Assembly: GCA_016931185.1 (NCBI GenBank)
Contig: JAFGFI010000143.1
Coordinates: 5,987 to 69,986, forward strand
Reading direction: 5' to 3'
Origin: Anaerolineae bacterium
GTDB taxonomy: Bacteria > Chloroflexota > Anaerolineae > B4-G1 > SLSP01
DNA length: 64,000 nt
Made by a program: the position numbers and the translations under genes. Positions 48,401 through 57,319 of the stretch are shown one piece after another (the first letter of the stretch is position 1; the number at the start of each line of letters is the position of its first letter). The notes under the pieces are model-generated. The model was not told where the DNA came from. It saw only the letters and a list, made by a program, of their open reading frames with translations, and did no database searches.

Positions 48401-48540
48401 TTTTCTCCTCCTTAAGGAATATAGGATTTTACTAACGGACTAACGACTACTGTGATATGTTACCTCTTTCATTTTGTTTTTCGATACGCATCACCTCCTT
48501 AATAAAAAACTACAAAAATCAGGTTTTTATACATTAACAT

Positions 48541-48568
48541 ACTATAATGTAGTACATTTAACTTGCAA
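48541..48568 (-). promoter_or_regulatory. candidate internal promoter for the SBP-permease genes
   Basis: On the minus strand: TTGCAA (48568-48563), 16 nt spacer, TATAGT (48546-48541). Confidence 0.35.
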
Positions 48569-48631
48569 AATCCTTTATTTAGTAAGTTCATGGTTAAAAA
48601 CCTGTTTTTTTCAGGTAGGGTTTATTTAAAA

Positions 48632-49639
48632 TTATCCTTTCGCCGGCACTAAATGACAGGCACAATAATGGCCTGCTCCTACTTCAACAAAAGGTGGCTC
48701 TACTTCATAACAGGTATCTATCACTTTTGGACAACGAGTGTTGAAGTTACAGCCCTTAGGTGGATGGGCGGGGCTGGGTAGATCGCCTTCTAGTAAAATT
48801 CGCTTGCGGGTTTCCTCGATCAAGGGATCTGGAACCGGTACTGCCGATAGCAGCGCTTGGGTGTAGGGGTGGAGTGGGTTAGCATACAATGTATCGCGGT
48901 CGGTCAATTCTACAATTTTACCCAAATACATCACGGCGATACGATTGCTGATGTGACGTACCATACTCAGATCATGGGCGATGAAAACATAGGTCAGTCC
49001 CAACTTTGTCTGGAGTTCCTCCAGGAGATTGACGACCTGGGCTTGGATAGAAACATCCAGAGCCGAGATGGGTTCGTCACAGATAATCAGCGCGGGATTG
49101 AGCGCGAGTGCGCGGGCCAGCCCAATTCGCTGCCGCTGTCCCCCGGAGAACTCATGGGGGTAACGGGACATAAAATCTGGATTTAGGCCCACCAATTCGA
49201 GTAACTCGGCCACTCGTTTCCGTCGCTCCTCTTTAGTGGCAACGTGAAAAACCTCGAGTGGTTCTCCCACGATACTTAATACACTCATCCGAGGATTGAG
49301 CGAGGCATAGGGGTCCTGGAAAATCATCTGGAGGCTGCGCCGCATCTCGCGCATTTCTGAACCCTTAAGGTTGGCCAGATCCTGCCCTTCAAATAACACA
49401 TGGCCTTCAGTCGGTTCATAGATACGAATAATTGTGCGTCCCGTAGTGGTCTTCCCACAACCGCTTTCTCCCACCAGTCCTAGGGTCTCCCCTTTATAGA
49501 CATCAAAACTCACACCATCTACAGCCTTGACATCTCCCACATGGCTTTGAAATAGACCACGTCGGATAGGAAAATACTTTTTTAGACCCTCAACTTTGAG
49601 AATAATTTCTTTCGTGGTTTGCGTTGTTGTTTCAGCCAT
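48632..49639 (-). CDS. ABC transporter ATP-binding protein (OppF-like)
   Basis: Walker [10 protein letters not shown], signature FSGGQRQR, Walker [11 protein letters not shown]. Confidence 0.92.
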   Translation of the reverse strand: MAETTTQTTKEIILKVEGLKKYFPIRRGLFQSHVGDVKAVDGVSFDVYKGETLGLVGESGCGKTTTGRTIIRIYEPTEGHVLFEGQDLANLKGSEMREMRRSLQMIFQDPYASLNPRMSVLSIVGEPLEVFHVATKEERRKRVAELLELVGLNPDFMSRYPHEFSGGQRQRIGLARALALNPALIICDEPISALDVSIQAQVVNLLEELQTKLGLTYVFIAHDLSMVRHISNRIAVMYLGKIVELTDRDTLYANPLHPYTQALLSAVPVPDPLIEETRKRILLEGDLPSPAHPPKGCNFNTRCPKVIDTCYEVEPPFVEVGAGHYCACHLVPAKG

Positions 49640-49641
49640 AA

Positions 49642-50652
49642 TTATACCTTCCTCACCTTATCATTTTCCCAGCACGCTGCCCAATGATTGGGTCCAACCT
49701 CCTCAAGTTGCGGGGTTTCGTAATGACAGTGCTCAACTTTATAATTACATCGTGGGATAAAGGGACATCCTTGGGGCAACCCTATGAGGTCCGGTGGCTC
49801 ACCCGGAATAGAAAAGAGCCGTGCCCCCATAGGTGAGTTAGGTCTTGGCAACGAACCCAACAATCCTACTGTATAGGGATGGTGTGGATTACCGTAAATG
49901 CTCTTGACGGGACCGGTTTCAATAATACTGCCTGCATACATCACATTCACACGCTCTGCCATCCCCGCGATCACGCCCAGGTCATGGGTGATCCAGATGA
50001 CGGTCATACCTAGCTTGTGTTGTAAGCGTTTCACTAAGTCGACGATCTGCGCCTGGATCGTGACATCCAACGCGGTAGTGGGTTCATCAGCGATCAGGAT
50101 GCTGGGATTACAAGATAACCCCATCGCAATCATCGCGCGTTGGCGCATCCCCCCGGAGAATTGGTGTGGATAATCATCAACGCGCATCGCGGCCTCGGGG
50201 ATTCCCACCATATCCAATAACTCGACGGTTCGGTCTCGCGCCTGCTTTTTATCCATCCCCTGATGCAATTGGAGAGCCTCCATAATCTGGAATCCTACCG
50301 TCAAAACCGGATTAAGTGATGTCATCGGATCTTGGAAGATCATAGCAATCTCTGCACCACGGACGCGGCGCATTTCATCTTCATGGAGTTTAAGCAGGTC
50401 CTCTCCTTTAAAAATGACCTCTCCATCTTCAATTCTTCCGGGGGGGATAGGGATAAGGCGCATAATAGAAAGCGCGTGAACACTTTTGCCACATCCGCTT
50501 TCGCCTACAACACCCAGGGTTTCCCCTTCATCAAGGGTATACGAAATCCCATTGACTGCATGGACCGCACCATCTTCTGTATCGAACCGGGTGGTGAGGT
50601 TCTTGACCTCAAGCAAATGCTTAGAGGTGGCCTGTGCTATGTTTTCAGCCAT
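49642..50652 (-). CDS. ABC transporter ATP-binding protein (OppD-like)
   Basis: Walker [10 protein letters not shown], signature FSGGMRQR, Walker [11 protein letters not shown]. Confidence 0.92.
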   Translation of the reverse strand: MAENIAQATSKHLLEVKNLTTRFDTEDGAVHAVNGISYTLDEGETLGVVGESGCGKSVHALSIMRLIPIPPGRIEDGEVIFKGEDLLKLHEDEMRRVRGAEIAMIFQDPMTSLNPVLTVGFQIMEALQLHQGMDKKQARDRTVELLDMVGIPEAAMRVDDYPHQFSGGMRQRAMIAMGLSCNPSILIADEPTTALDVTIQAQIVDLVKRLQHKLGMTVIWITHDLGVIAGMAERVNVMYAGSIIETGPVKSIYGNPHHPYTVGLLGSLPRPNSPMGARLFSIPGEPPDLIGLPQGCPFIPRCNYKVEHCHYETPQLEEVGPNHWAACWENDKVRKV

Positions 50653-50985
50653 GTATGTATAATTCCTCCTTGAGGATAGTCGGTATAGATGTGATGTTTG
50701 TCATATAATTCCTATGAAAAAGACATAAACCGGGCCATTATACCCACTGATCCCGTAAATTGCAAATCAGGCTATTGTAAAAAATCCATAGAGCCTAATC
50801 TTTTTTCTTGCATTAAACGAAAAAACATGCGCGGCAAACTCTCAAATATACTCGCCTGCCATAATATATACTGTTCACTCAAATATTAAGTTCACAATCT
50901 CAGGGGCTTTTTTTGGGAAAAGTTTTGAATATCTTCCCGGAAGTCAAGATAGCAACAAGTAATCTGTATAGAGATTGCAGAAATC

Positions 50986-51672
50986 TTATTTTTGAGCATA
51001 TTTTTCTGAATATAACTGAGCGTTATAAGGCGTGCGCCTGCCTGGGCATTTCTCCCTGGGGCAAAGTTGGCAATTCTCGTAGCGGGTCTCGGTAGTGAAC
51101 AAGATACCCGATACAGATTTATTGGGAATCATCAGATAACTTGTGGTGAGTTCGACACTGATCGCAGTTTGGGGATCACCAAGTAAAGTAAATAATGGAT
51201 GTTGTTGTGCTAACGGCCAATCTGCAAGCGAACCGGGATTCATAGTCGCGTGGGAGGCAAGTTGGTAGCTTGTTTTGAGCCGGTGAAATAAAAAAGTGGT
51301 TGCTGCGCGCAGGGCCATTTGTTTAATCGCATCGGCCCAATACTGTTGGAGCATATCGGTGAAACCGGCAGCCCAGGCATTCAACTCCGTCCCGCAAGTT
51401 GCTACATAGGGAAATACACGATGGGCCTGGTCCAGGTTTACCCGTAACACCCGGCTTGTAAACTGTATCCCTTCAATGTGGACATCGTTTTCCCCTTTGT
51501 TCTCAATGTACGCGATCTTATACATAGCTTTGGGATGAGCTATGACTTCAGCATCACGTGCAAGCGACTGCACCTCAGCGATGTGAGAACTACCGACCTT
51601 CAACCGCAACTGGTGAATTAACTGTTCTGTGTCTAACGTGAATGGAATATCGGTTAAAATAAATGTATTCAT
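50986..51672 (-). CDS. stand-alone methionine-synthase activation-domain-like protein with a Cys-rich C-terminus
   Basis: The pattern MNPGSLADWPLAQQHPLFTLLG...LTTSYLMIPNKSVSGILF and the tail CQLCPREKCPGRR resemble Met_synt_B12-type stand-alone proteins. Memory-based call. Confidence 0.55.
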   Translation of the reverse strand: MNTFILTDIPFTLDTEQLIHQLRLKVGSSHIAEVQSLARDAEVIAHPKAMYKIAYIENKGENDVHIEGIQFTSRVLRVNLDQAHRVFPYVATCGTELNAWAAGFTDMLQQYWADAIKQMALRAATTFLFHRLKTSYQLASHATMNPGSLADWPLAQQHPLFTLLGDPQTAISVELTTSYLMIPNKSVSGILFTTETRYENCQLCPREKCPGRRTPYNAQLYSEKYAQK

Positions 51673-51709
51673 TTTAGTGCCTATTATACTCTACTTTATG
51701 TGAAAGAGA

Positions 51710-51858
51710 TATTTATAACCCAAGTTGCCACCTTACCTAGATTGGGCCAGTCTGTTGCATATTTGAGTATGATTTAGGCTACGGTAGCTCAAATTATAGA
51801 CCCTGGGTTGGCATTGGAGACTGGCCCAATCTCTGGGTAGCAACTTGGGTTATTTATA
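51710..51858. mobile_element. MITE-like element A3 (core 51718-51850) with an 8-bp flanking duplication
   Basis: Core starts ACCCAAGTTGCCACC and ends GGTAGCAACTTGGGT. Perfect direct repeat TATTTATA at 51710-51717 and 51851-51858. The interior extends the stem (agattgggccagtct/agactggcccaatct). Confidence 0.65.
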
Positions 51859-52056
51859 TAAGTCGGTACATCAAACGTCAAAATGCACTTATATTTGACA
51901 TTTGATGCAAGTACATTCTCCAACTAGAAATATACTCCATTCATTTGGTGCATTACGTATCACGCACCAAATTCCCCGTACCTAGACGGAGATGAATGAC
52001 GATATATAATATGAGGGAGATGATATACACGGCGGATTTTAATCTTGTGGAGGTAT

Positions 52057-52632
52057 ATGCACCCTCAACCAGAAGATGAAAGGGAACGGATTCACCGCGC
52101 TGTACAGGGTGATCAAGCTGCACTTTCTGAATTATATACGCAACACGTGGATGCTATTTATAAATTTTTGTTTTATCGTGTTGGCGATCAGATGGTCGCT
52201 GAGGATTTGACTGCTGAGGTCTTTGCCGACATGATAAGTGCAATCCGGCGTTATAAAGAGCGTGGCGTGCCCTTCCGAGCATGGTTGTTTCGTATCGCGC
52301 GGGCGCGGCTGGCAGATTATTGGCGGCAAGTAAAACGACGCGAGCGCGGCGATGAGGCCTGGAAGGGCTTTGTCGGCGCCAATCAAATACAGACGTTACC
52401 TGAGAAATACTTTGAATATGAGTCATTGCAACAGGCTATGATCTATTTAACACAGGCGGAGCTTGAGGTCGTGTTGTTGCGTTTTGTGGGTGGTTTGGAT
52501 CACCAGGAGATTGCAAAGGTGATTCGTAGTAATGCTAATGCGGTGAAAAGCCGGATGCACCGCGCGTTAAAAAAATTGCGAGATGTTTTAGAAAGCCGGG
52601 CTATGGCCGGTGAGGGAGATGGGGAAACATGA
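52057..52632 (+). CDS. ECF-type RNA polymerase sigma factor
   Basis: ATG 52057 follows GGAGG. Region 2 is YKFLFYRVGDQMVAEDLTAEVF. Region 4 is LTQAELEVVLLRFVGGLDHQEIAKVIRSNANAVKSRMHRALKKL. Confidence 0.88.
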   Translation: MHPQPEDERERIHRAVQGDQAALSELYTQHVDAIYKFLFYRVGDQMVAEDLTAEVFADMISAIRRYKERGVPFRAWLFRIARARLADYWRQVKRRERGDEAWKGFVGANQIQTLPEKYFEYESLQQAMIYLTQAELEVVLLRFVGGLDHQEIAKVIRSNANAVKSRMHRALKKLRDVLESRAMAGEGDGET

Positions 52633-53276
52633 AATATAAACATTCATCTACATCATACTTTCCAGAGGTGGAATCTGTGCTAACCCAGGCCTTTGCCTCT
52701 GATGGTGCGCTGCTCCCCCAAGCGCGTCAGCGTATATGGCATACAGCACTGGAACGGGCCGGGCAATTGGCGCGTCCCGTACAGAGAAGTTGGCGTTGGG
52801 TTTTCTATCCTGGTGTGGCTGCGATGTTAGTGGTGGCCTTTCTCAGTGGTTATGTCGGCGTTGTATTTGCCGCCGGGGCGAGCATTCCCGGTGAACCGTT
52901 GTATGCTATCGAACGCGGCGCTGAGGTTGTGTGGCTGAGATTGACGCCTACAAGCCAACGTACTGAGGTACAGTTAGCCCTCTTACAGCGGCGAATATAT
53001 GAAGCCCGCGCGCTATTGGATGCGGGACGAGACGTACCCCCTGATCTTTTCCAGGAGATTGCGCTGTTGTTTGAAGCAGTCGCCGAGGAGTCGATGCAGG
53101 ACCTGGCGCAAACTGTGCCCTTGTTAAATGAAGAAGCCCTGGTAAGTTTAATCTTTTACCGGGATACTTTAACCGCGTTAACCGAGTATCATGCCGGAGT
53201 TAGAGGACTTGAGGAGACAGCGGCGATTGCAGATGAGATTGTGGCGGCGTTGGGTGGCGCGCCGTTAAAAGATTGA
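52629..53276 (+). CDS. putative anti-sigma factor (single TM, DUF5667-like extracytoplasmic domain)
   Basis: ATGA overlap with the sigma gene. TM FYPGVAAMLVVAFLSGYVGVVFA followed by PGEPLYAIERGAEVVWL. No zinc-binding HxxxCxxC motif. Confidence 0.6.
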   Translation: MKYKHSSTSYFPEVESVLTQAFASDGALLPQARQRIWHTALERAGQLARPVQRSWRWVFYPGVAAMLVVAFLSGYVGVVFAAGASIPGEPLYAIERGAEVVWLRLTPTSQRTEVQLALLQRRIYEARALLDAGRDVPPDLFQEIALLFEAVAEESMQDLAQTVPLLNEEALVSLIFYRDTLTALTEYHAGVRGLEETAAIADEIVAALGGAPLKD

Positions 53277-53370
53277 GGGTCAGGATATATTGTGTATGGG
53301 TTGGCAGATACGTAATATGGAATCGATTTCGTCATTTTAAGTGTAAAAGTGTGTCACTTGAACAATTACA

Positions 53371-53405
53371 ATCCGGCGCGAACAAAATACTCGCGCCGGA
53401 TTTTT
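53371..53405 (+). terminator. intrinsic terminator after the sigma/anti-sigma pair
   Basis: Stem atccggcgcga/tcgcgccggat, 9-nt loop, then TTTT. Confidence 0.7.
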
Positions 53406-53567
53406 ACATTTGTCCTATACTCTCTTCTCAAAAAATACCTACTTAAAAGCGATTTTAGTCGTGCGATCTAAATTAATTGCGGCTAAATATCCTGCTGTGA
53501 AAAAGTGTACGGTGGCTAACTTATTTTTTATCCAGTGCAGGTACTTGGTAAACCAGATACCTCGTGA

Positions 53568-53615
53568 GACTTTTGTAGTCTGGCTTATGCTCAAATCGAG
53601 AGCGATAGCTCTGCG
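53568..53615 (+). repeat. D repeat, copy 1
   Basis: gacttttgtagtctggcttatgctcaaatcgagagcgatagctct is about 88% identical by eye to 57273-57319, in the same orientation. Confidence 0.7.
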
Positions 53616-53644
53616 ATCTCAATGTGTGTATGTCGCCGGGATTG

Positions 53645-53653
53645 TGCTATAAT
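53645..53653 (+). promoter_or_regulatory. extended -10 element (TGcTATAAT) upstream of rnc
   Basis: TG at 53645-53646 and TATAAT at 53648-53653. It would give a ~385-nt leader through the B repeats. Confidence 0.35.
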
Positions 53654-53694
53654 TCTCCTGTGATATAAAGACTATGCATGTTTTGAGCGTTTCC

Positions 53695-53989
53695 GTTAAC
53701 AGGATTTACCGGCAGTTGGATGAAAATGTGGCACAGGCTTTCCAGCCTGCCCGGTTATCTGCCGTTATTTTTCGGAGAATTTCTCTTTAACCGTTCACCG
53801 GCAGTTCGATGAAAATTTATGGCCTAAAGGCCAAGATATAAAGTGGTATGGTTGCAGGCGGTACTCCGCCCGCAACCATACCCTCTTTTACCTACCGCTT
53901 TAGCGGTCTGTTTTCAAGGGAATTACCCATTAACGCGGTGTGTTCACCAGCAGTCGGATGAAATCTAAGACGAAACCAAGTTTTCAAGG
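53695..53989 (+). repeat. three copies of the B repeat with hairpin-containing spacers
   Basis: Copies at 53695-53727, 53787-53817 and 53928-53964, followed by the 24-mer TAAGACGAAACCAAGTTTTCAAGG (53966-53989). Spacers are 59 and 110 nt. Confidence 0.7.
53845..53882 (+). promoter_or_regulatory. long stem-loop in the rnc leader
   Basis: ggtatggttgcaggcgg-tact-ccgcccgcaaccatacc forms 16 bp with one A-C mismatch, followed by CTCTTTTA. Confidence 0.5.
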
Positions 53990-54044
53990 TTTTTCACAAT
54001 TTGCCAATTTGCGATTTATCAATTTGCGATTTTCAAGGGAGTGC

Positions 54045-54785
54045 ATGACAGAAAACAACGACCCTCTTGCTGTTGTGTGTTTGCGTCTTAACTATACATT
54101 TCAAAAACCAGGCTTATTGCGACTTGCGTTGACGCATCCTTCCTATGCCCATGAACATCCAGAAGAAGGTGGGGAGGAACATCATAACCAGCGTTTGGAG
54201 TTCTTGGGCGATGCAGTTTTGGATTTTCTGGTGGCGGCCTGGCTTTACCGGGAATATCCTGATTTCTCCGAGGGGCCGTTGACGCGCTTGCGATCAACGT
54301 TGGTGCGCACGCAGTCGTTGGCCCAATTGTCCCTGGATTTAGGATTGGATGCGGCACTGCGTCTCGGACGTGGTGAGGAGGACAGTGGGGGGCGGCAACG
54401 CCACGCCAATTTGTGCGATGCATTGGAAGCAACGGCTGGCGCGCTATATCTGGACGGTGGCTTGGAGACCGTTTGGGCGCGGTTTGCCCCGTGGTTTGCG
54501 CAAGAGGCAGCGGCTATTCTGGAAAAAGAGACATATCTGGATGCCAAATCTCGTTTCCAGGAGTGGGCACAGGCAGAATTTGGCATTACGCCGGCGTATC
54601 ACATTGTGGGCGAATCCGGACCAGATCATGAGAAGGTTTTTATGGCCCAAGTGATGCTGGATATTCATATCGCGGGTGAAGGTGAGGGCCCTAGCAAACG
54701 GGCTGCCGAGCAGGATGCAGCTCGTAACGCGCTCGCTCACGTGGCGAATGAACATACATGGAAACATGGGCAGTGGATTGAATAA
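54045..54785 (+). CDS. rnc: ribonuclease III
   Basis: ATG 54045 follows AAGGGAG. RNase III signature NQRLEFLGDAVLDF. C-terminal dsRBD (KSRFQEWAQ...GPDHEKVF...GEGEGPSKRAAEQDAA). Confidence 0.92.
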   Translation: MTENNDPLAVVCLRLNYTFQKPGLLRLALTHPSYAHEHPEEGGEEHHNQRLEFLGDAVLDFLVAAWLYREYPDFSEGPLTRLRSTLVRTQSLAQLSLDLGLDAALRLGRGEEDSGGRQRHANLCDALEATAGALYLDGGLETVWARFAPWFAQEAAAILEKETYLDAKSRFQEWAQAEFGITPAYHIVGESGPDHEKVFMAQVMLDIHIAGEGEGPSKRAAEQDAARNALAHVANEHTWKHGQWIE

Positions 54786-54797
54786 GAGGTACATACT

Positions 54798-57272
54798 ATG
54801 ATGCGGTTTGACCGGTTTACAGAACGCGCCCAAGAGGCAGCACAACGCGCGATTGAATTGATGACCCGTTATGGTCATAGTCAGGTAGATGTGGAACATT
54901 TGCTGTTAGCGTTGTTGCAACAAACAGAAGGGGGCGTAGGATCCATATTAACAGAGTTGGGCGTGGATACGGCACAGATGGAGACAGAACTCGATAAATT
55001 GCTGCGTGCCAGTTCCCGTCCCGGCATTTATGGCGCTTATGGGGGACAACAGGTTTTCATTACACCACGAGTGAAACGTGTGTTGGACATCAGTCAAGAA
55101 GAAGCCACGAAGCTGAAGGATGAATATATTTCGACAGAACACCTGTTGTTAGCAATGATGTATGAACGCAATACCCAGGTGGCACGCTTGCTGGCCGACA
55201 ATAATATTACCTACGACCGCGTGTTGGAAGTGGTGCAAAAGATGCGGGGGGGACAACGGGTAACCTCGCGCCAATCTGAAAATAAGTATCGTGTATTGCA
55301 ACGTTTCAGTCGTGATTTGACGCAGATGGCGCGTGAGCAAAAGCTGGACCCCGTCATCGGACGCGATGCTGAAATCAAGCGAGTCATTCAAATCCTGGTG
55401 CGGCGTACCAAAAATAATCCTGTATTGATAGGAGAGCCGGGGGTAGGCAAAACAGCTATCGTTGAAGGGCTGGCGCAGAAAGTCGCCGGCGATGATGTTC
55501 CCGAGATTCTTAAGGGCAAGCGATTGTTGCAATTGGATATGGGGGCTTTGGTCGCAGGAACCCGGTTTCGGGGAGAATTTGAAGAGCGACTTAAGATGAT
55601 TTTGGAGGAAACTCAGCGGGCTGAGGGTGAGGTGATGCTCTTCATTGATGAGTTACACACGGTGGTCGGGGCGGGCAATGCGGCAGGAGCTTTGGATGCT
55701 TCCAATATGATCAAGCCGGCTTTGGCACGTGGGGAACTACAATGTATTGGTGCGACGACATTGGACGAATATCGCCAGTATATTGAGAAGGATGGGGCCT
55801 TAGAACGCCGGTTTGCTCCGGTATTTGTCGAGGAACCCACTGTTGAGGATACTATTGAGATGCTGCGGGGACTCCGCGACCGGTATGAGGCCCATCATAA
55901 GGTCTCTATTTCGGATAATGCCCTGGTGTCTGCCGCGCGGTTATCTCATCGTTATGTGCCCGACCGCCATCTGCCGGATAAGGCCATTGACTTAATGGAC
56001 GAGGCCGCCGCCAAGCTCCGTGTGGCTCTTTACACATTGCCGCCCGAACTCAAACGGATGGAGACGGAGATCAATCGGGTGACAGCAGAGGAAGAGTCCG
56101 CGGGTACAATGCGAGATTATGAACGCGCGGCGGAACTGAAAACCCAGAAAATTCGGTTGGAACAGGTCTTTACAAAACGCCGTGAGGAGTGGCTCGGCCG
56201 TCATCAATTGGATGACATCGTAGAGGCTGAAGATATTGCGATTGTGGTCGCTTCCTGGACCGGTATTCCGGTCGCTCAAGTGTTGGAAACGGAGGCCGAG
56301 AAGTTATTGCGGATGGAGGAAGCGCTCCAAACCTCGATTGTGGGGCAGGATGAGGCGATTCACGCGATAGCCGATGCGATTCGCCGCGCGCGCGCAGGCC
56401 TGAAGGACCCCCGCCGGCCTATTGGTTCCTTTCTCTTTTTGGGAGCGTCAGGGGTGGGGAAGACGGAAACCGCGAAGGCCCTGGCGGCCTTTATTTTTGA
56501 TGATGAAGATGCCCTCTTGCGTATTGATATGAGTGAATACCGGGAATCCCACACCGTATCCCGCCTCTTTGGCGCGCCGCCGGGTTATGTCGGTTATGAT
56601 CAAGGGGGGCAGTTGACCGAGGCCGTGCGCCGTCGTCCCTATCAGGTAGTGCTATTTGATGAAATTGAGAAGGCCCATCAAGATGTCTGGAATGCGTTGT
56701 TGCAGATTTTGGATGAAGGTCGTTTAACGGATGGGCAAGGACACATTGTTGACTTTCGCAACACGGTTGTGATTATGACTTCTAATGTGGGCACAGAATA
56801 CGCGCGTCGTGGCGGAGCGTTGGGGTTCACACGAGGGGGAGATGCTCGTGAGGATGAGAATCGCCGGCGTGCTTTATCGGCCTTAAAGGAAACCTTCCGC
56901 CCGGAGTTTATCAATCGCGTGGATGAGATTATCATCTTTAAAAATTTGACACTGGAAGATGTTGAGCTAATCGTTGATTTGCAGATGCAGGAGGTTCAGG
57001 AACGCTTGGCGGAGTATGGTTTGGCAGTGGCCCTGACGCCGGAAGCCAAACGTTGGTTAGCTGAACAGGGGTATGATACGCAGTTTGGTGCTCGCCCGTT
57101 GCGTAGGGCCATTCAACGTTATGTAGAAAGTCCGTTGAGTATCCGTATCCTGCGGGGAGATGTACAGCCGGGTCATAAAATTTGGGTCAAGGTTGGCCCA
57201 GAGGAATTGGAGTTTTTTCAAGAGCCAGAAATTATCGTAGCAGAGGACAATATTCTTGCGGATGCCCTGTAA
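54798..57272 (+). CDS. clpC: ATP-dependent Clp protease ATP-binding subunit ClpC-type (class I Hsp100)
   Basis: Two Clp_N repeats, two Walker A motifs ([18 protein letters not shown]), a short UVR-like middle motif ([11 protein letters not shown]) and a ClpP-docking-like LGF loop. At 824 aa, the length fits ClpC rather than ClpB. Confidence 0.88.
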   Translation: MMRFDRFTERAQEAAQRAIELMTRYGHSQVDVEHLLLALLQQTEGGVGSILTELGVDTAQMETELDKLLRASSRPGIYGAYGGQQVFITPRVKRVLDISQEEATKLKDEYISTEHLLLAMMYERNTQVARLLADNNITYDRVLEVVQKMRGGQRVTSRQSENKYRVLQRFSRDLTQMAREQKLDPVIGRDAEIKRVIQILVRRTKNNPVLIGEPGVGKTAIVEGLAQKVAGDDVPEILKGKRLLQLDMGALVAGTRFRGEFEERLKMILEETQRAEGEVMLFIDELHTVVGAGNAAGALDASNMIKPALARGELQCIGATTLDEYRQYIEKDGALERRFAPVFVEEPTVEDTIEMLRGLRDRYEAHHKVSISDNALVSAARLSHRYVPDRHLPDKAIDLMDEAAAKLRVALYTLPPELKRMETEINRVTAEEESAGTMRDYERAAELKTQKIRLEQVFTKRREEWLGRHQLDDIVEAEDIAIVVASWTGIPVAQVLETEAEKLLRMEEALQTSIVGQDEAIHAIADAIRRARAGLKDPRRPIGSFLFLGASGVGKTETAKALAAFIFDDEDALLRIDMSEYRESHTVSRLFGAPPGYVGYDQGGQLTEAVRRRPYQVVLFDEIEKAHQDVWNALLQILDEGRLTDGQGHIVDFRNTVVIMTSNVGTEYARRGGALGFTRGGDAREDENRRRALSALKETFRPEFINRVDEIIIFKNLTLEDVELIVDLQMQEVQERLAEYGLAVALTPEAKRWLAEQGYDTQFGARPLRRAIQRYVESPLSIRILRGDVQPGHKIWVKVGPEELEFFQEPEIIVAEDNILADAL

Positions 57273-57319
57273 GACTTTTGTGGTCTGGCTTATATCAAAT
57301 CAAGCGCGATAGCTCTAAA
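57273..57319 (+). repeat. D repeat, copy 2
   Basis: gacttttgtggtctggcttatatcaaatcaagcgcgatagctct starts directly after the clpC stop. Confidence 0.7.

Noticed and set aside
48447-48491. 14-codon mini-ORF (MRIEKQNERGNISQ) in the leader of the minus-strand SBP gene, preceded by TAAGGAGGTGAT. That sequence is a full complement of the canonical 16S rRNA 3' end.
   Set aside because: The spacing between GGAGG and the ATG is only 2 nt, too short for normal initiation. The peptide has no features. The strong SD-like sequence may simply be a standby site or chance. Ribosome profiling would be needed to revive the idea.
41823-53989. B repeat arrays considered as CRISPR arrays
   Set aside because: The repeats are degenerate. 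There are only two or three copies per locus. Spacer lengths are irregular (33, 59 and 110 nt) and the spacers themselves form hairpins. No cas genes are present in the window.
54798-57272. Calling the Hsp100 gene clpB
   Set aside because: The middle domain is short (a UVR-like motif rather than the long ClpB coiled coil). The protein is 824 aa. A ClpP-docking-type LGF loop is present in NBD2. ClpC-type is more consistent, but this should be confirmed by alignment.
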